Assembly (NCBI RefSeq): GCF_001194135.2
Contig: NC_068983.1
Span: forward strand, 74,694,681-74,758,680
Length of the DNA: 64,000 nt
Reading direction: 5' to 3'
Source of the DNA: Octopus bimaculoides
Lineage: Eukaryota
The notes under the pieces are model-generated. The model did no database searches. It was not told the origin of the DNA and was given only the letters and a program-made list of their open reading frames with translations. Shown here piece after piece: positions 63,619 to 64,000 of the stretch (position 1 is its first letter; each line of letters opens with the position of its first letter). A program made the translations under genes and the position numbers.

Positions 63619-63649
63619 ATAATAATAATAATAATAATAATAATAATAT

Positions 63650-63680
<31 letters not shown>

Positions 63681-63822
63681 AAGAAGAAGAAGAAGAAGAA
63701 GAAGAAGAAGAAGAAGAAGAAGACGAAGAAGAAGAAGAAGAAGAAGAAGAAGAAGAAGAAGAAGAAGAAGAAGAAGAAGAAGAAGAAGAAGAAGAAGAAG
63801 AAGAAGAAGAAGAAGAAGAAGA
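63619..63822. repeat. Compound (AAT)n-(AAG)n microsatellite
   Basis: Directly visible; explains the poly-K/poly-R/poly-S ORFs. Confidence 0.98.
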
Positions 63823-64000
63823 GAGCACCGGGCTAAGAACAGAGCACCGGTCTGAATAACAACATGGATGTGCTACACCGGGCTCCCTATACAAAAACAA
63901 ATCTAATCCAATAACATCGATGGAATTAGGCAAAAGATCCGGTGGAAGATTTGAAGGAAGCGGTCTTTTAACGAAGATAATTTTTAAAAAATATTTTTAT

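Noticed and set aside
911-63933. Long ORFs in the supplied track (poly-YI, poly-HT/CV, poly-S/L/Y, poly-K/R, X-filled)
   Set aside because: They are translations of microsatellites and N gaps; none has protein-like complexity outside the TE remnants listed.

Overview
AT-rich eukaryotic non-coding DNA with very dense microsatellites and 17 assembly gaps, almost all abutting simple repeats. The repeat landscape (tRNA-headed SINE families, R4/Dong, CR1, RTE, Penelope, mariner, Tigger/pogo, Helitron) strongly suggests an octopus/coleoid cephalopod short-read assembly; this is inference from repeat recognition, not a database result. No intact protein-coding gene, tRNA, rRNA or CRISPR array is supportable: the ORFs in the track are microsatellite/N artefacts or decayed transposon frames. 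Most notable observations: (1) two type I hammerhead-ribozyme folds at the 3' ends of two different Penelope-like elements, one (55684-55731, minus) with a reciprocal G3-C8 swap of the conserved C3-G8 core pair; (2) two inverted SINE pairs and a 131-bp near-perfect hairpin that could form long dsRNA; (3) a perfect 151-bp inverted duplication flanking 1.6 kb; (4) LINE 3' ends embedded in (CATA)n or (TAA)n microsatellites, plus a cluster of R4/Dong fragments. A few splice-flanked open frames might be exons of a host gene but could not be identified.
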